This document shows positions 1 to 7,713 of a DNA stretch of 32,000 nt, in pieces. This DNA comes from Copranaerobaculum intestinale (GTDB taxonomy: Bacteria > Bacillota_I > Bacilli_A > Erysipelotrichales > Erysipelotrichaceae), in contig NZ_WUUQ01000002.1 in assembly GCF_009831105.1 (NCBI RefSeq), positions 690,001 through 722,000 on the forward strand, read 5' to 3'. Below the pieces are notes generated by a model that saw only the letters and a list, made by a program, of their open reading frames with translations, made no database searches and was not told the DNA's origin. Position 1 is the stretch's first letter. Each line of letters starts with the position of its first letter. The position numbers and the translations under genes are program-made.

Positions 1-926
1 TGACCGACCAAAAGTGTTTTCACATCCGGATTCGCATCTACAAAATCAACCATTTCCTGTGTGATATCCGAACCGATATGGGGGCGGTCGGGATTTCCGA
101 TATATGTTATCTGATCATCATCGATGTAGTAAAGCATTAAATTATGCAAATAGCTGGAAAAGTTTGTATTAACTGCTTCAACATTTGGCATCGGCACCAT
201 AAATAGACTTTCTACATAAAGCGGCGTCTTTTCGTTTAGATATGTAATCCGCTGGTCGTCAAATACTGTGGGCATAGCTTCCCCTGCCGAATGAATCTGC
301 CTGCGGATTTGCCGCTCCCGCTCACTCATCACATAGCTTCCGCTTACGCGCATACTCGCTGATTCGATAAAGCTGGCTTCCTCCGAATGCCAGGCACTGC
401 CATACATTGACATAAGGTCATCAGCAAGTGTAACATCATAGAACGAAAAGTTTTGATATCCTTCTAATCCATCAAACATCGTTCCCTGAATATGAAGGCT
501 ATTCCCTTTCCCCTCACAAAGATGGCTATATGCTAGATTTACATTCGAATGAAGCAAGTGCAGCTCCATCGTTTCAATGAGGCTTCCGTTCTCCATGCGG
601 CTGCCAAGACATAATTCATATTCTTGTTGCTGCTGATCATCTGTAAATGTCATGATATATTTAGAATCACATGATGCTTTAAATACATGAACTCCGGTTT
701 GATCGAGAAGTACACCACCCAACAAACGTGAATGATTCAAAGATACAATCCGTCCACAGCGCTGATATGCCGGCTGATCCCAATAGAGGGAGTCCTCCTT
801 GACGATCGTTGATACCGGCATTTGATCGATATAAACCGTCTGATTGATACATGCCATTGCGAATGGAACATGCTCATCATCGGAATAGATCGTTAGGTCA
901 TAGCATACATTCGAATTCCATTTCAT
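1..926 (-). CDS. Hypothetical protein, C-terminally truncated by the window edge (at least 308 aa); translationally coupled partner of the Hint-domain gene
   Basis: Own minus-strand reading. ATG at 926-924 lies one nt after the TGA (930-928) of the upstream gene. The frame stays open to position 1 (MKWNSNVCYDLTIYSDDEHVPFAMACINQ...GNPDRPHIGSDITQEMVDFVDANPDVKTLLVG). It is missing from the ORF track only because no stop lies inside the window. No signal peptide, TM segment or motif I recognise. Confidence 0.6.
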   Translation of the reverse strand, partial: MKWNSNVCYDLTIYSDDEHVPFAMACINQTVYIDQMPVSTIVKEDSLYWDQPAYQRCGRIVSLNHSRLLGGVLLDQTGVHVFKASCDSKYIMTFTDDQQQQEYELCLGSRMENGSLIETMELHLLHSNVNLAYSHLCEGKGNSLHIQGTMFDGLEGYQNFSFYDVTLADDLMSMYGSAWHSEEASFIESASMRVSGSYVMSERERQIRRQIHSAGEAMPTVFDDQRITYLNEKTPLYVESLFMVPMPNVEAVNTNFSSYLHNLMLYYIDDDQITYIGNPDRPHIGSDITQEMVDFVDANPDVKTLLVG

Positions 927-927
927 A

Positions 928-2391
928 TCAGTTTTTCCCTTCCATTTCCACAAGTATTTCTGTGATCATATGCTTAGCGGATTCACCAAGCAGAGCTTCC
1001 CATAACGAAACCTGAGTGAGCAGCTTATCAATGACCGCATGTCGTTCAGCTTCTGCCAGATCAGCGATCCTTCGCTTCAAATAAGCAAGTGTAAGCTGTG
1101 GATATGCCAGCAGGCAGGGATAACCATTTGCATAGTAAGAATGAAAGCCGTCATAAACATGAAGATCGTAGCAACAGGCATGCTTTGTATTTTCTGTGAT
1201 GTGTATCCGTTCTACCACAACTTCATGCGGTTTCCCTTGATCATCAAGCTTGATAATACGATCACCTATTTTCAAAGTCTTTACTTGAAATTCCGGACAG
1301 ATCATATTGGTGGCTGCCGGCTGTGGTGCACACCAGCCCCGCTGGGTCATGATCGCATGATCCAAAGACATAAACGGAATATCCTCATTGACCGCGTATA
1401 GAAATGCAACCTGATGATTTTGGACCAATTCATCAGAAAGATAGGACTCACTTCCCTGTACATTTAATATCATATCATTCTTGCTTGTGCATTCGATTGG
1501 CACACATGTCCCATTCTTCAATCGTATTAGCGTACCAGCCAGCACACAGCCACCGCTTTCCTTTTTGTAACAGCCGTTGGCATCACCCGTGCTTTTGACC
1601 CACGCAACTGCTGCTTCACCATAAAAATGTTCATCATAGGCTCGCCTCGTGATAACTTCACCGCCGCCATATGCTTGATAAGCATCATGATGAACCGTTC
1701 TACAGCTTTCACTGTAGCGCTTGACATCTTGATTCATGGTTTTATAGATTGACATATCTTTTCCCAATTCATTGACAAATAATGTTGGCCAGTCATAATC
1801 CTTCAGATATTCATCCAGTTGATATACTTTACAAAAATTCGCATCGAACATTTTCCAATTTTCAAGAACTCGATCAGCAGCTGCATCATTGTGACAGTGC
1901 AGCATCAATAATAACACTTTAAAACGCCATATTTTGGTAATATCCGATTTATACATATTAAAAAATAAACGCTGCGAGATTGCAGCCTCAAACGACGGAT
2001 CAATTACATAAGGCTTCAAGCCGTAAGCATAATAGCCGGTCACGGCAATTTTTTGATAATACTGTTTGAAAACCAGTTCTTCGTTCTTACATTCACTGAA
2101 TTTTGCCTTGATATCCTCCACGCTGCAATTCGTGACAATTTTTTGCACTTCCTCATAACTGCTTTTGCTGATGAGATAAGCGGTATAACGCACCGCCAGT
2201 TTCACCAAATTCTGATAATCGCTGTCGGCGGCAGATGCATATGCAATGTCAACAGCTGTTCCGCTGCCATTATAAAAAGTACTGCCGGTGCTGCAGTCAA
2301 TGTATTTCAGAATGTATATCATTTCCTTACGAAATACATTTCCCAGTTCTCCTGCCCGCAAGAGTTGATTCATCAATTCACTCGTATTCAT
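928..2391 (-). CDS. Hint-domain (Hedgehog/intein-like, BIL/PT-HINT type) autoprocessing protein with an uncharacterised 281-aa N-terminal domain and a ~57-aa helical C-terminal tail
   Basis: 487-aa ORF with an AAGGAGGA SD just upstream of the ATG at 2391. Hint-like blocks: aa 280-290 GG|CVLAGTLIRL, aa 341-353 MSLDHAIMTQRGW, aa 407-425 CYDLHVYDGFHSYYANGYP. There is no terminal His-Asn plus Cys/Ser/Thr splice junction. No signal peptide or TM segment. Confidence 0.7.
   Translation of the reverse strand: MNTSELMNQLLRAGELGNVFRKEMIYILKYIDCSTGSTFYNGSGTAVDIAYASAADSDYQNLVKLAVRYTAYLISKSSYEEVQKIVTNCSVEDIKAKFSECKNEELVFKQYYQKIAVTGYYAYGLKPYVIDPSFEAAISQRLFFNMYKSDITKIWRFKVLLLMLHCHNDAAADRVLENWKMFDANFCKVYQLDEYLKDYDWPTLFVNELGKDMSIYKTMNQDVKRYSESCRTVHHDAYQAYGGGEVITRRAYDEHFYGEAAVAWVKSTGDANGCYKKESGGCVLAGTLIRLKNGTCVPIECTSKNDMILNVQGSESYLSDELVQNHQVAFLYAVNEDIPFMSLDHAIMTQRGWCAPQPAATNMICPEFQVKTLKIGDRIIKLDDQGKPHEVVVERIHITENTKHACCYDLHVYDGFHSYYANGYPCLLAYPQLTLAYLKRRIADLAEAERHAVIDKLLTQVSLWEALLGESAKHMITEILVEMEGKN
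1102..1548 (-). other. Hint domain segment (aa 282-430) of the 487-aa protein; candidate nucleophile Cys282 at codon 1548-1546
   Basis: Codon 1548-1546 is TGT (Cys), preceded by GGT GGC (Gly-Gly). This is the same Gly|Cys context as the Hedgehog autocleavage site. Domain borders were estimated by eye. Confidence 0.55.
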
Positions 2392-2485
2392 AAATCCTCC
2401 TTTTTGCTCATTTGAGTGCTGATGCTTATCGTTTGCTTTCGGCGCTCATCCGCCTTTTGCATAATTTTCCAGTTTCTTCCATTTC

Positions 2486-2516
2486 ATTATACATGCAAAT
2501 GTTGTAATTATGTTAA
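2486..2516 (-). promoter_or_regulatory. Candidate sigma-A promoter of the Hint-gene operon
   Basis: Minus strand has TATAAT (2491-2486) and TTAACA (2516-2511), but the 19-nt spacer is long. It lies between the pdp terminator and the Hint gene and would give a ~95-nt leader. Confidence 0.3.
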
Positions 2517-2520
2517 TAAT

Positions 2521-2555
2521 GAAAAAATTCTGTCAAAATTTAGACAGAATTTTTA
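2521..2555. terminator. Rho-independent terminator after pdp, with bidirectional hairpin geometry
   Basis: Stem ATTCTGTC (2527-2534) pairs with GACAGAAT (2543-2550) around an 8-nt loop. It is flanked by an A-run on one side and a T-run on the other, so a U-tract follows the hairpin on both strands. Confidence 0.75.
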
Positions 2556-2559
2556 ATAT

Positions 2560-3858
2560 TTATAAGATTTTTTCAATTAAAGATACAGGTTTTGCTTCTT
2601 TTTCATTGATCACAAAGGTTTGATAGAAATCTTCTATCCAATCCGGTGTCAATGTTTGATTACTATGAATAACCGCTAATGGTTCATCCAAAGAAACCTT
2701 ATCTCCTACTTTCTTAGAAAGTACGATACCGACCGCGGGATCTACCGGATCTTCTTTTACCATTCTTCCTGCACCTAAGCGCATGGCTAGATTACCAAGT
2801 TCCAACGCCTTGACATCATGGACATAACCAGCCTCACGACTCTTGATTTCAATCGTCATGGCCGCGGCTGGTAAGGTTTCCGGGTGATCGATCTGGTTCA
2901 CATCACCATGCTGCCATTCCACCATTTCACGCAGCTTTGCCAAAGCACTGCCGTCTTCAATCGTTTTCAGCAGCATCGCTCTTGCGGCCTCCTGATTATC
3001 CGCCAGCTTCGCCTGTTCCAGAATGACGCTGCCTGCCCCCAAGCACAGCTCCATAAAATCGCTTGGTCCTTCCCCTTTCAGGGTTGCGATTGCCTCTTTT
3101 ACTTCCAGGGCATTACCGATTGCATCACCCAGCGGTTGATTCATATTGGAAATCAGTGCCCTCGTATCTTTACCCAGTTTTTTACCGATGGAAATCATGG
3201 TACTGGCGAGCTCTTCGGCAGACGCAGAATCCGGCATGAACGCGCCTTCTCCGTATTTAACATCCAACAAAATGGTATCGGAACCGGCGGCAAGCTTCTT
3301 TGACATGATACTGCTGGCAATTAACGGAATGCTATTGACTGTCGCTGTAACATCACGAAGTGCGTACAGCTTCTTATCCGCGGGTACAACTTCACCGGTC
3401 TGACCGATCAGTGCAATACCGATTTCATTAACCTGCTTGATGAATTCCGCTTCACTCAAGCCGATCTGAAAGCCGCTAATCGACTCCAGTTTATCTAATG
3501 TTCCTCCCGTATGACCGAGCCCGCGTCCTGACATCTTAGCTACCTTTGCATGACACGCCGCAACCATCGGCATCAATGACAGCGATGTTTTATCTCCCAC
3601 TCCGCCGGTGGAATGCTTATCGATTTTAATACCGTCAATGCTCGATAAATCAATCACATCACCGCTGTGCAGCATTGCCGTTGTCAAAGCCGTGATCTCA
3701 TCAATGCTCATCCCCTGAAAACAAATAGCCATCAACAGGGCGCTCACCTGATAATCGGGGATTTCATTCGCGACATAACCGCGAATGAAAAATTGAATTT
3801 CTTCTTCGCTCAACGCTTCCCCCTGCTTCTTTTTTTCAATGATATCTACAAAACGCAT
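2560..3858 (-). CDS. pdp: Pyrimidine-nucleoside (thymidine) phosphorylase
   Basis: 432 aa. The N-terminus MRFVDIIEKKKQGEALSEEEIQFFIRGY and the KHSTGGVGDK / GRGLGHTGGTLDKLE motifs are typical of Pdp/DeoA. Confidence 0.93.
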   Translation of the reverse strand: MRFVDIIEKKKQGEALSEEEIQFFIRGYVANEIPDYQVSALLMAICFQGMSIDEITALTTAMLHSGDVIDLSSIDGIKIDKHSTGGVGDKTSLSLMPMVAACHAKVAKMSGRGLGHTGGTLDKLESISGFQIGLSEAEFIKQVNEIGIALIGQTGEVVPADKKLYALRDVTATVNSIPLIASSIMSKKLAAGSDTILLDVKYGEGAFMPDSASAEELASTMISIGKKLGKDTRALISNMNQPLGDAIGNALEVKEAIATLKGEGPSDFMELCLGAGSVILEQAKLADNQEAARAMLLKTIEDGSALAKLREMVEWQHGDVNQIDHPETLPAAAMTIEIKSREAGYVHDVKALELGNLAMRLGAGRMVKEDPVDPAVGIVLSKKVGDKVSLDEPLAVIHSNQTLTPDWIEDFYQTFVINEKEAKPVSLIEKIL

Positions 3859-3870
3859 AAAAATTCCTCC

Positions 3871-4329
3871 TCACCGTTCAAAGGTTTTTATCTGAAAACC
3901 ACGCATTGATTGACATGAAACTTGTCTCAATGCCGGATCAAGCTCGGGAAAAAAAGTATCTCCCGCGTAAGCACCGGGAATAACCGATAAATACAGGCGA
4001 TCAATATACGGCATTGCCTGTTCATAAATGGATGCTCCGCCGCTTATGATCAATTCTGCTTTTGAGTTTCGATGCTCATTCAGCAGTTTAAGCAGGTTAT
4101 CACAGCGTTCATCCCCTTCAAAAAGCATAAGATCGTGATGCGTCACCACAATCACTTTTCTTCCGGTTAGCTGTTTGGGCAGATGACGATACGTCGTCGC
4201 CCCCATTACCAGCGTATGTCCCATGGTTTTATCTTTAAACCATTTCATTTCATCCGAGATATGCCAAGGCATTACGCCATGACTGCCAATTATCCGATTT
4301 TCAGCCATGGCTGCGATCGCACTTATCAT
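3871..4329 (-). CDS. folA: Dihydrofolate reductase
   Basis: 152 aa. MISAIAAMAENRIIGSHGVMPWHISDEMKWFKDKTMGHTLVMGATTY matches the DHFR N-terminal signature. The ATGA start/stop overlap with the upstream gene indicates an operon. Confidence 0.88.
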   Translation of the reverse strand: MISAIAAMAENRIIGSHGVMPWHISDEMKWFKDKTMGHTLVMGATTYRHLPKQLTGRKVIVVTHHDLMLFEGDERCDNLLKLLNEHRNSKAELIISGGASIYEQAMPYIDRLYLSVIPGAYAGDTFFPELDPALRQVSCQSMRGFQIKTFER

Positions 4330-5027
4330 ATCTGCTTCAATGCTGTCAGTTCAGCTTCATCCAAGTATCGCCAAGCTCCCGCATCCAGCGATTCATCCAA
4401 TGTCAGTGATCCCATTGTCAAACGCTTCAAATATAGTACTTCATTATCAACTGCCTGCATCATCCGTTTGACCTGATGATATTTACCTTCTTCAATTGTC
4501 AGCAAATACACTGTTTCCTTCAGCTGTTCGATCTTGGCCGGCAGACACTGTTCACCCTGATCGATGAGGATACCGGCCTGGATGCGTTTAATTGCTGCTT
4601 CCGTTAATTCCTCACGCACATGAACTTCATACGTCTTTGCCACATGATGACGCGGTGATAAAAGACGGTGCGCCAATGCCCCATCGTTGCTGATGAGCAG
4701 CAGACCTTCCGTATCAATATCCAACCGTCCGATTGGGAAACAATCCGGCGGCAGAATATCATCAATCAAATCCATCACTGTTTCGTGAAGAGTATCCTGC
4801 GTTGCGCTGATTACGTCCCGCGGTTTATTCAGCATGATATACACCTGAGGATCATATTGCAGGATTTCATCATCGATCCGTATTTCATCACGATCCTCCT
4901 GAATATTCAAGCCTGCTTTTAAGACGATTTCACCATTTACCTGAATCCGTTTCGCACGAATCATTTTCTTTACTTCATTACGAGTAAACAAACCGCTGTT
5001 TGCTATGTACTTTTCAATTCTCATCAT
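4326..5027 (-). CDS. rsuA: RsuA-family 16S rRNA pseudouridine synthase (S4 domain plus PseudoU_synth_2)
   Basis: GRLDIDTEGLLLISNDG catalytic motif and an N-terminal S4-like MRIEKYIANSGLFTRNEVKKMI. I place the start at ATG 5027 (MMRIEKY), which overlaps the TGA of the flippase gene, rather than at the ORF-track start 5090. Confidence 0.85.
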   Translation of the reverse strand: MMRIEKYIANSGLFTRNEVKKMIRAKRIQVNGEIVLKAGLNIQEDRDEIRIDDEILQYDPQVYIMLNKPRDVISATQDTLHETVMDLIDDILPPDCFPIGRLDIDTEGLLLISNDGALAHRLLSPRHHVAKTYEVHVREELTEAAIKRIQAGILIDQGEQCLPAKIEQLKETVYLLTIEEGKYHQVKRMMQAVDNEVLYLKRLTMGSLTLDESLDAGAWRYLDEAELTALKQI

Positions 5028-6640
5028 ACGTGATGTTTCTTTCCTTTCGACCCAATATGGAAAATTGTCTGTGGCAGTTGGAAGCACCAAGTGATGCCTA
5101 AGTAAACTGCTATCGCCAAAAGTCCGCTGACTCCCAGTTCAATCAAGCCGATAATCCGGCCGGCTGTATAAGGACGAAATCCAATGAATTGTAATCCCCA
5201 AGCAACTGCCCAAATCCCCAAAACACCAATCAGCATCAATACAAATTTACGTACAGTATACATCCATCTGACATGAAATCGCGTTGACAGATGATATGCA
5301 TTGATCAACAGGCAGACAAGCATCGCTGCCACAGATGACAGCACCGCTCCAGGAAATCCGAATTTTGCCAGCAAAATATAGGTAATCGAGAGCTTCACAA
5401 TCGTATAGACGCCTAAACTCTGCAGATTCTTTTTACGCAGACCTCCCGCCATCATCAGGGAGTTGATAACCGGCAGCACAGTACTGAAAAATCCCTCCAG
5501 GGCAAACCAGGACAGCAAATGTGCATTTAAATCCAGATTTGTAGAACCGAACATGACATAATAGATCGGCTTTGCAAAAACAAACAGACAAAACGAAATC
5601 GGCAGCGCAAGATACAATACGCTGTCAAGGCAGTCACTGATGTGCTTTCGCACTCCACGATCATCATGAGCAGCCAAAGATCTAGTTATGTAAGGGATAA
5701 TGGCAATACTGAAGCCAGGTGCCAATACCATTGGAATTGATAATAATTTATTGATGTTGGCATATACCGGTCCGGTAATATTCATAATTTCCTTTGAAGT
5801 CATCCCAAATGCGCCTAATCCAGACGGTAAAAAGAACGTGTTGATGATCATGTCACTGTATCCCAGCACAGCAGAAAGCAGGTAAGGAACAGCAATGAGT
5901 ATCATTTCGCGAATCAGCTCCCGTTTATCCTCATTGGACGCTGCTGTCTGCTCAACAGCCAGCTTTTCCAATTCGGGAATTCTGGTTTTATCGCGATGGG
6001 CAAATTGGATAATGGCAAATATCGCTGCTACAGTAGTCGAGATAACACCGAAATAAACAGCCCAAATCCGTTCCTGATGAAAGACATATACAGCCAGCGC
6101 ACTCATACCAAGCAGAAAAACTACGCGGCTGATCTGTTCCAGTATCTGATTGGCAGCATATATATCCATTTCATTCAGGCCCTGATAAAAGCCTCGCATC
6201 GAGCTTAATATGGCTACAAAGAATAAAGCAAACGATAAGACGATCAATACATTGCGCATCGTTGTCACATACTCTGGACCAACTACCAGTTTCGCAAAGA
6301 TACCGGATGTCAATAACAAAAACAGGGTGGTAACAGCCCCGACAACGATCATCAGCCGGCTGGCAAGCCGCTTGACTAAAAGCGAGGTTCGATAGTCTCC
6401 GCGCATCATATATTTGGATACCATCGTTGCAACCGCAAACGGAAAACCGCTGATGGATATATTCAATACATAGGAATAAATATTATAGGCAGTTCCATAA
6501 TAGGTTAGATTTTCTGTAGTTTGAATAATCGCATTAAACGGTACTACATAAATAATACTGATTACTTTAGAAATAAAAATACCGGCAGTGGTAATCAGCC
6601 CGCCGGCGATGATGGACTGTTTCGTTTTACTCATAATCAT
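5024..6640 (-). CDS. MOP-superfamily polysaccharide/lipid II flippase (YtgP/MurJ/SpoVB-like), polytopic membrane protein
   Basis: 538 aa and hydrophobic throughout. The N-terminus KQSIIAGGLITTAGIFISKVISIIYVVPFNAII...YYGTAYNIY is typical of YtgP-type flippases. Confidence 0.75.
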   Translation of the reverse strand: MIMSKTKQSIIAGGLITTAGIFISKVISIIYVVPFNAIIQTTENLTYYGTAYNIYSYVLNISISGFPFAVATMVSKYMMRGDYRTSLLVKRLASRLMIVVGAVTTLFLLLTSGIFAKLVVGPEYVTTMRNVLIVLSFALFFVAILSSMRGFYQGLNEMDIYAANQILEQISRVVFLLGMSALAVYVFHQERIWAVYFGVISTTVAAIFAIIQFAHRDKTRIPELEKLAVEQTAASNEDKRELIREMILIAVPYLLSAVLGYSDMIINTFFLPSGLGAFGMTSKEIMNITGPVYANINKLLSIPMVLAPGFSIAIIPYITRSLAAHDDRGVRKHISDCLDSVLYLALPISFCLFVFAKPIYYVMFGSTNLDLNAHLLSWFALEGFFSTVLPVINSLMMAGGLRKKNLQSLGVYTIVKLSITYILLAKFGFPGAVLSSVAAMLVCLLINAYHLSTRFHVRWMYTVRKFVLMLIGVLGIWAVAWGLQFIGFRPYTAGRIIGLIELGVSGLLAIAVYLGITWCFQLPQTIFHIGSKGKKHHV

Positions 6641-7209
6641 TCTTCTCCCGTCTCATTGCTGGTATCTTTCTCATAATTCTTATCGGTTTGAGACGTTTTC
6701 TGCTTTGCTTTTTTTTCATCATAGGAAAAATTGAAAAAAGCCTTTGAGGTATTCAGTTTAGCATAATCCTTCCAGGTTACCATGACCTGTAGGGTAAATG
6801 TATTCTTTTTAGTATAACCATTCAGCTGAATCCCTTTATGAAAACCTCGCTTGGCATTCACTTGAAAAGGTATCATATTGTATACGGCATCTTCATCATC
6901 GATAATACCTAGATTTGGCATCATATCGGTGGTATTCACTTTTGTGGAATCCACGATGATCGCCTCAATATCATACATTGCAATCTGCGGCTTATCGATC
7001 GTAACCGTATATTCATACTCGCCGTTTTTTGCTTTTGTTACATCCAGGTCATATCGAAACGGTATATTCTGTGACACGGCACCTTTATTATCCTCTACCG
7101 TCTGAATGTACTCGTTGTATTTTTCTTCCCGCTCCCGATCACTCAGCCCGCCGGCGGAACATCCAGCCGTAAGTCCTGCAATCATCAGCATAAGTAGGAA
7201 TTTGCGCAT
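6637..7209 (-). CDS. Lipoprotein of unknown function
   Basis: Signal peptide with lipobox: MRKFLLMLMIAGLTAG|CSAG. AGAGGTGA SD. Start/stop overlap with the downstream flippase gene. Confidence 0.75.
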   Translation of the reverse strand: MRKFLLMLMIAGLTAGCSAGGLSDREREEKYNEYIQTVEDNKGAVSQNIPFRYDLDVTKAKNGEYEYTVTIDKPQIAMYDIEAIIVDSTKVNTTDMMPNLGIIDDEDAVYNMIPFQVNAKRGFHKGIQLNGYTKKNTFTLQVMVTWKDYAKLNTSKAFFNFSYDEKKAKQKTSQTDKNYEKDTSNETGEE

Positions 7210-7226
7210 GCAATCACCTCTTCGCT

Positions 7227-7235
7227 ATTATAACA
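7227..7235 (-). promoter_or_regulatory. Extended -10 promoter (TGTTATAAT) of the lipoprotein-flippase-rsuA-folA-pdp operon
   Basis: Minus strand reads TGTGTTATAATAGCGAAGAGGTGATTGCATG. The TGn-TATAAT element sits about 18 nt upstream of the ATG at 7209. No good -35 element. Confidence 0.45.
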
Positions 7236-7255
7236 CACTTTCGATTATTCCTATA

Positions 7256-7285
7256 TGAAAAATAACGACCGTAATGGTCGTTATT
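7256..7285 (-). terminator. Rho-independent terminator of the DUF1540-type gene
   Basis: A 10-bp stem, AATAACGACC (7261-7270) with GGTCGTTATT (7276-7285), encloses a 5-nt loop and is followed by a U-tract on the minus strand. It overlaps the stop codon. Confidence 0.75.
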
Positions 7286-7445
7286 TACTGCAGTTACACT
7301 GGAAGGATTTACATTCTGTCTCATGGGAAGTATTTGGCAGGATGCAGTTATCGCAGCTCACTGAAATTTTTTCTGCGCAGCAATGATTCTCTTTGTGAAA
7401 CTTACAAGAATGTACGCTGCAAAGAATTTCCGTCTTATTGTTCAT
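7281..7445 (-). CDS. Small Cys-rich protein, DUF1540-like (54 aa); not in the supplied ORF track
   Basis: AGGAGGTG SD lies 5 nt before the ATG at 7445. Translation: MNNKTEILCSVHSCKFHKENHCCAEKISVSCDNCILPNTSHETECKSFQCNCSK. The C-x-V-x2-C...HC-x-A-x2-I-x-V pattern matches what I recall of DUF1540. The gene has its own terminator. Confidence 0.6.
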   Translation of the reverse strand: MNNKTEILCSVHSCKFHKENHCCAEKISVSCDNCILPNTSHETECKSFQCNCSK

Positions 7446-7474
7446 TGGGACACCTCCTACATCTTATTGTGGAG

Positions 7475-7666
7475 TCAATCCAGCGATTTATCCAAATAGA
7501 CGAGGAGGGCTGAGAAACAATAAATCTGTTCATCCTCCACCGCGGTTACCGCTGTGGAAAAGCTGATGTCGATCAATTCATACGCTTGATTTTCCTGAAG
7601 AAAGGAATTGATAGCATCGGTTAAATCATCTTCATGTTCCTCATCAAATACTTTTACCTGCACCAT
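7475..7666 (-). CDS. Cse60-like small sporulation protein (63 aa)
   Basis: MVQVKVFDEEHEDDLTDAINSFLQEN...IDISFS...IYCFSALLVY resembles B. subtilis Cse60/YteV as I remember it. GGTGAT SD. The family call is from memory only. Confidence 0.5.
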   Translation of the reverse strand: MVQVKVFDEEHEDDLTDAINSFLQENQAYELIDISFSTAVTAVEDEQIYCFSALLVYLDKSLD

Positions 7667-7713
7667 TTCTGATCACCGTATTCATTATAAACGAGGCGTA
7701 CATGCAAAGTATG

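Noticed and set aside
1102-1548. Interpretation of the Hint segment as a canonical self-splicing (mini-)intein
   Set aside because: There is no C-terminal His-Asn followed by Cys/Ser/Thr, and no homing-endonuclease insert. The flanks do not reconstitute any recognisable host protein. A cleavage-only BIL/PT-HINT-type domain fits better.
928-2391. Interpretation as a classical secreted polymorphic toxin with a C-terminal toxin released by PT-HINT
   Set aside because: There is no signal peptide, T7SS/LXG, RHS/YD or filament module. Only ~57 helical residues follow the Hint domain, and no small immunity-like ORF is visible downstream. This is not fully excluded, because the operon continues off the window.
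1039-2415. Plus-strand ORFs 1039..1401, 1404..1598 and 2053..2415, opposite the Hint-domain gene
   Set aside because: These are antisense shadow ORFs inside a well-supported minus-strand CDS. They have no SD sequences and low-complexity, Cys/Phe-rich translations. The same reasoning applies to the other plus-strand ORFs in the track: 2884..3303, 4183..4476, 10800..11141, 14841..15228, 16027..16365, 17914..18318, 18862..19398, 20214..20876, 21297..21680, 24016..24372 and 29057..29351, among others.
7274-7513. 79-aa plus-strand ORF in the dapA-lipoprotein interval
   Set aside because: The opposite strand carries a far better supported 54-aa Cys-rich gene with a consensus SD and terminator. The plus-strand ORF also runs into the 3' end of the cse60-like gene.
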